Origin: Gemmatimonadota bacterium
GTDB lineage: Bacteria; Gemmatimonadota; Gemmatimonadetes; Gemmatimonadales; GWC2-71-9
Length of the DNA: 58,246 nucleotides
Assembly: GCA_036679645.1 (NCBI GenBank)
Contig: JAZDCY010000020.1
Span: 1 to 58,246, forward strand
Direction: 5' to 3'
Under the pieces are notes generated by a model that made no database searches, was not told the origin of the DNA, and worked only from the letters and a program-made list of their open reading frames with translations. Of the stretch, positions 56,072 to 58,246 are shown one piece after another. Numbering within the stretch: the stretch's first letter is position 1; every line of letters starts with the position of its first letter. The position numbers and the translations under genes were made by a program.

Positions 56072-58246
56072 ATGCCGCGCTCCTACACACCTGTCATCCT
56101 GCTGGTCGCGCTCGCGACCACCGTTTTCATAGCCAGTTGCTCTGACGAAACGGGACCGAACACGCCCATCGAGGCGCGGTTCGCGGTTGCGCCTGTCTTC
56201 CAGAGCGCAGCGGCGACGGCGATCGACATCGCCAGCATCCGGTTCGTTCTCACCCGCGTGGCCGACGACTCGATCGCGCGCGACACGGTAGTGCAGATCG
56301 CGGCGGGCCAGGATTCGGTCAGCCTCGAACTGACCGTGCCGGTTCTGACACCAGGCGAGACGTTCCTTCTCACGCTCGCGATGGTAGACGCCTCTGGCGA
56401 CACGGTGTTCCGAGGCGGGCCCACAGAGGTTACGCCGTCGACGACGGGCGGGGACGCCCCGGTCGTAGCTGTAATCATCGTGTACGTCGGAATCGGATTC
56501 GACGCGGCGAGCGTAATGGTAACGCCGGCAACCGCCTCCACCTTCTTTGGCGAGGCGGTCGTGCTCACCGCCGTGGCACTCGACAGTGTCGGCGAACCAA
56601 TCCCAGGCACGCCGATTGTCTGGAGCACGCTCGACGCAGCGCAGGCCACGGTACCCAATCCCGACAGCGGGCGGGTCGTGGCGGGAACCGCTCGCGGTAC
56701 CGCCCGTATTGTGGCAGAGTTGCTCACTGGACCCAGAGACACGTCGTCGATCTTCGTGCAGCCTGTGCCCAACAGCATCGTCGCCGATCAGGGAAACAAC
56801 CAGACCGGCCCCATTGACCTCGCACTCGCGCAACCCATTGTCGCGCGCGTGCTGGCGGTAGATGGGCTGGGGGTTGAGGGCATCGACGTGGTGTTCGCGG
56901 TGACTGGCGGCGGTGGCAGCCTCTCGGCCGCTACGTTGACGACCGATGCGACTGGACGGGTTACCACCAACTGGACCTTGGGTCCCGTCTCGGGAGCCCA
57001 GACGGTCGAGGCGACGACGGTCAGGCTGGCGGGCAGTAGTGCGGTCTTCTCCGCCACGGGCCTCTCCGCCCGGGCCACTCAGTTGCTCATCACCGCTGGG
57101 AACAATCAGAGCGACACTGTCGCCGCCACGCTGCCGCTGGCGCTTGGCGTCCAGGCGCTCGACTCCGGCGGCCTGCCCTTCCCCAACGACACCGTGGTGT
57201 TCACTGTCGCAACGGGTGGCGGCAGCGTGACGCTCGATACGGTCGCGACCGACACCGGTGGGAACGCAAGCACGACGTGGACCCTAGGCACCGCTCCGGG
57301 ACCGCAGGTCGTGCAGGCCAAGCTCATCACAAATGCGGACTCGGCGGACTTCGCGGCCACGGCCGATGCTGGAACCGCCGTTACGCTGGGCTTCGTGGGG
57401 CAGCCCACGAACGCGTTCCCGTTCGATACGCTCGCCCCGATCGTCATCACCGCATCGGACCAGTTCGGCAACCTCGCGTCCGGGTTCACAGGGACCGTCG
57501 ATCTCGCTCTGATCGTGAACCCGAACGGCGGCACTCTGCTGGGGCAGGCGTCGCGTGCGGCCCTGGGCGGACAGGTGACGTTCACGGGTCTCAGCATCGA
57601 CAACACTGGCAGCGGTTACGTGATCGAGGCCGTATCGGCCGGGCTGACGCCGGACACGAGCGTGGCCTTCGACATCCTCGTGCCAGCGGGTGTGGTCTTC
57701 TGGAACAATGCGGCGGGCGGTAACTGGAGCAACGGCACCAACTGGAGTACAGGGTCTCCGCCCGGAACGACCGAGACCGCGGTAATCGACCTCGACGGAA
57801 CCTATACGGTGACGCTCGACGTCGATCCGGTCCTGGGCGCCCTCACGCTGGGCGGCAGCATTGGGACGCAAACGCTGAACGCGGTCGGGCGGACCCTGAC
57901 CCTGAACGGCACGAGCCTCGTTAGCCCCACCGGCGTGCTGCAACTCGCGAATACGACGATCGGCGGCACGGGATCGCTCACGAATAGCGGGCTTCTCGAC
58001 GTGCGGCCGGGGACCAGCAATATCAACGTCGGGCTCACACAGGCGGGCACGATCACGCAGAACGGCAACAACGGGGATGCCAATCTCGTCGTCGCGACCG
58101 GCTTCACCAACGCCGGGACAATGGAGCTGACGGGCACGAGTTGGTCAGGCGTCCTCACGATCACGGCGGGGACGTTGACGAACGCCGTCACCGGCACGAT
58201 CCGGACGGTCGCGGGCGTCGATAACCGGATCACCGGCAACCTCGAC
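56072..58246 (+). CDS. 3'-truncated paralog of the large surface lipoprotein (absent from the ORF track because it has no stop in the window)
   Basis: MPRSYTPVILLVALATTVFIASCSDETGPN... (lipobox IASC); N-terminal ~310 aa closely similar to 50385-51386; frame open to the window end. Confidence 0.88.
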   Translation, partial: MPRSYTPVILLVALATTVFIASCSDETGPNTPIEARFAVAPVFQSAAATAIDIASIRFVLTRVADDSIARDTVVQIAAGQDSVSLELTVPVLTPGETFLLTLAMVDASGDTVFRGGPTEVTPSTTGGDAPVVAVIIVYVGIGFDAASVMVTPATASTFFGEAVVLTAVALDSVGEPIPGTPIVWSTLDAAQATVPNPDSGRVVAGTARGTARIVAELLTGPRDTSSIFVQPVPNSIVADQGNNQTGPIDLALAQPIVARVLAVDGLGVEGIDVVFAVTGGGGSLSAATLTTDATGRVTTNWTLGPVSGAQTVEATTVRLAGSSAVFSATGLSARATQLLITAGNNQSDTVAATLPLALGVQALDSGGLPFPNDTVVFTVATGGGSVTLDTVATDTGGNASTTWTLGTAPGPQVVQAKLITNADSADFAATADAGTAVTLGFVGQPTNAFPFDTLAPIVITASDQFGNLASGFTGTVDLALIVNPNGGTLLGQASRAALGGQVTFTGLSIDNTGSGYVIEAVSAGLTPDTSVAFDILVPAGVVFWNNAAGGNWSNGTNWSTGSPPGTTETAVIDLDGTYTVTLDVDPVLGALTLGGSIGTQTLNAVGRTLTLNGTSLVSPTGVLQLANTTIGGTGSLTNSGLLDVRPGTSNINVGLTQAGTITQNGNNGDANLVVATGFTNAGTMELTGTSWSGVLTITAGTLTNAVTGTIRTVAGVDNRITGNLD

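Noticed and set aside
50450..57067. Duplicated region as a diversity-generating retroelement TR/VR pair or an assembly artefact
   Set aside because: The copies are about 0.9 kb, differ at many synonymous and non-adenine positions, and no reverse transcriptase is present; this is ordinary paralogy.

Overview
This is a high-GC, gene-dense bacterial chromosomal segment. Gene content and style (many Ser/Thr kinases, an ACIII operon, Ig/beta-helix lipoproteins, apparently leaderless starts) suggest Gemmatimonadota; this is an inference. No rRNA, tRNA, CRISPR array, transposase or prophage gene is recognisable. Contents from left to right: a partial Ala/Pro-rich protein; xdhC plus a CMD/AhpD-like gene; a complete alternative complex III operon actABCDEF; a coupled six-gene run (GHMP kinase, heparinase II/III-like lyase, TrmJ, class III aminotransferase, two amidohydrolases); a divergent peptide-type ABC SBP and two permeases without an ATPase; a FHA-FHA-TM-coiled-coil-trypsin protease divergent from a pseudokinase-kinase tandem protein, followed by a Lys-less nitrilase-fold protein and a 6-TM kinase; a TetR-TolC-MFP-RND efflux operon with a clear operator; a Zn-ribbon kinase; hydrolases; a PLP decarboxylase; an exported amidohydrolase; a run of degenerate PRTase, PIG-L deacetylase, ABC importer and MFS; an acyl-CoA dehydrogenase; and two tandem paralogous large surface lipoproteins, the second running off the window. 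The best candidate for an undescribed system is the divergent pseudokinase-kinase / dual-FHA transmembrane protease pair. Other notable points are an ActB that retains the FS0 Cys motif, several pseudo-enzymes, D-S/T-hydrophobe sequons concentrated in exported domains, a palindromic repeat that encodes a signal peptide, and a DnaA-box cluster. Many start codons were re-assigned from the ORF track using stop/start overlaps and motifs. All family calls come from motif recognition, not database searches.
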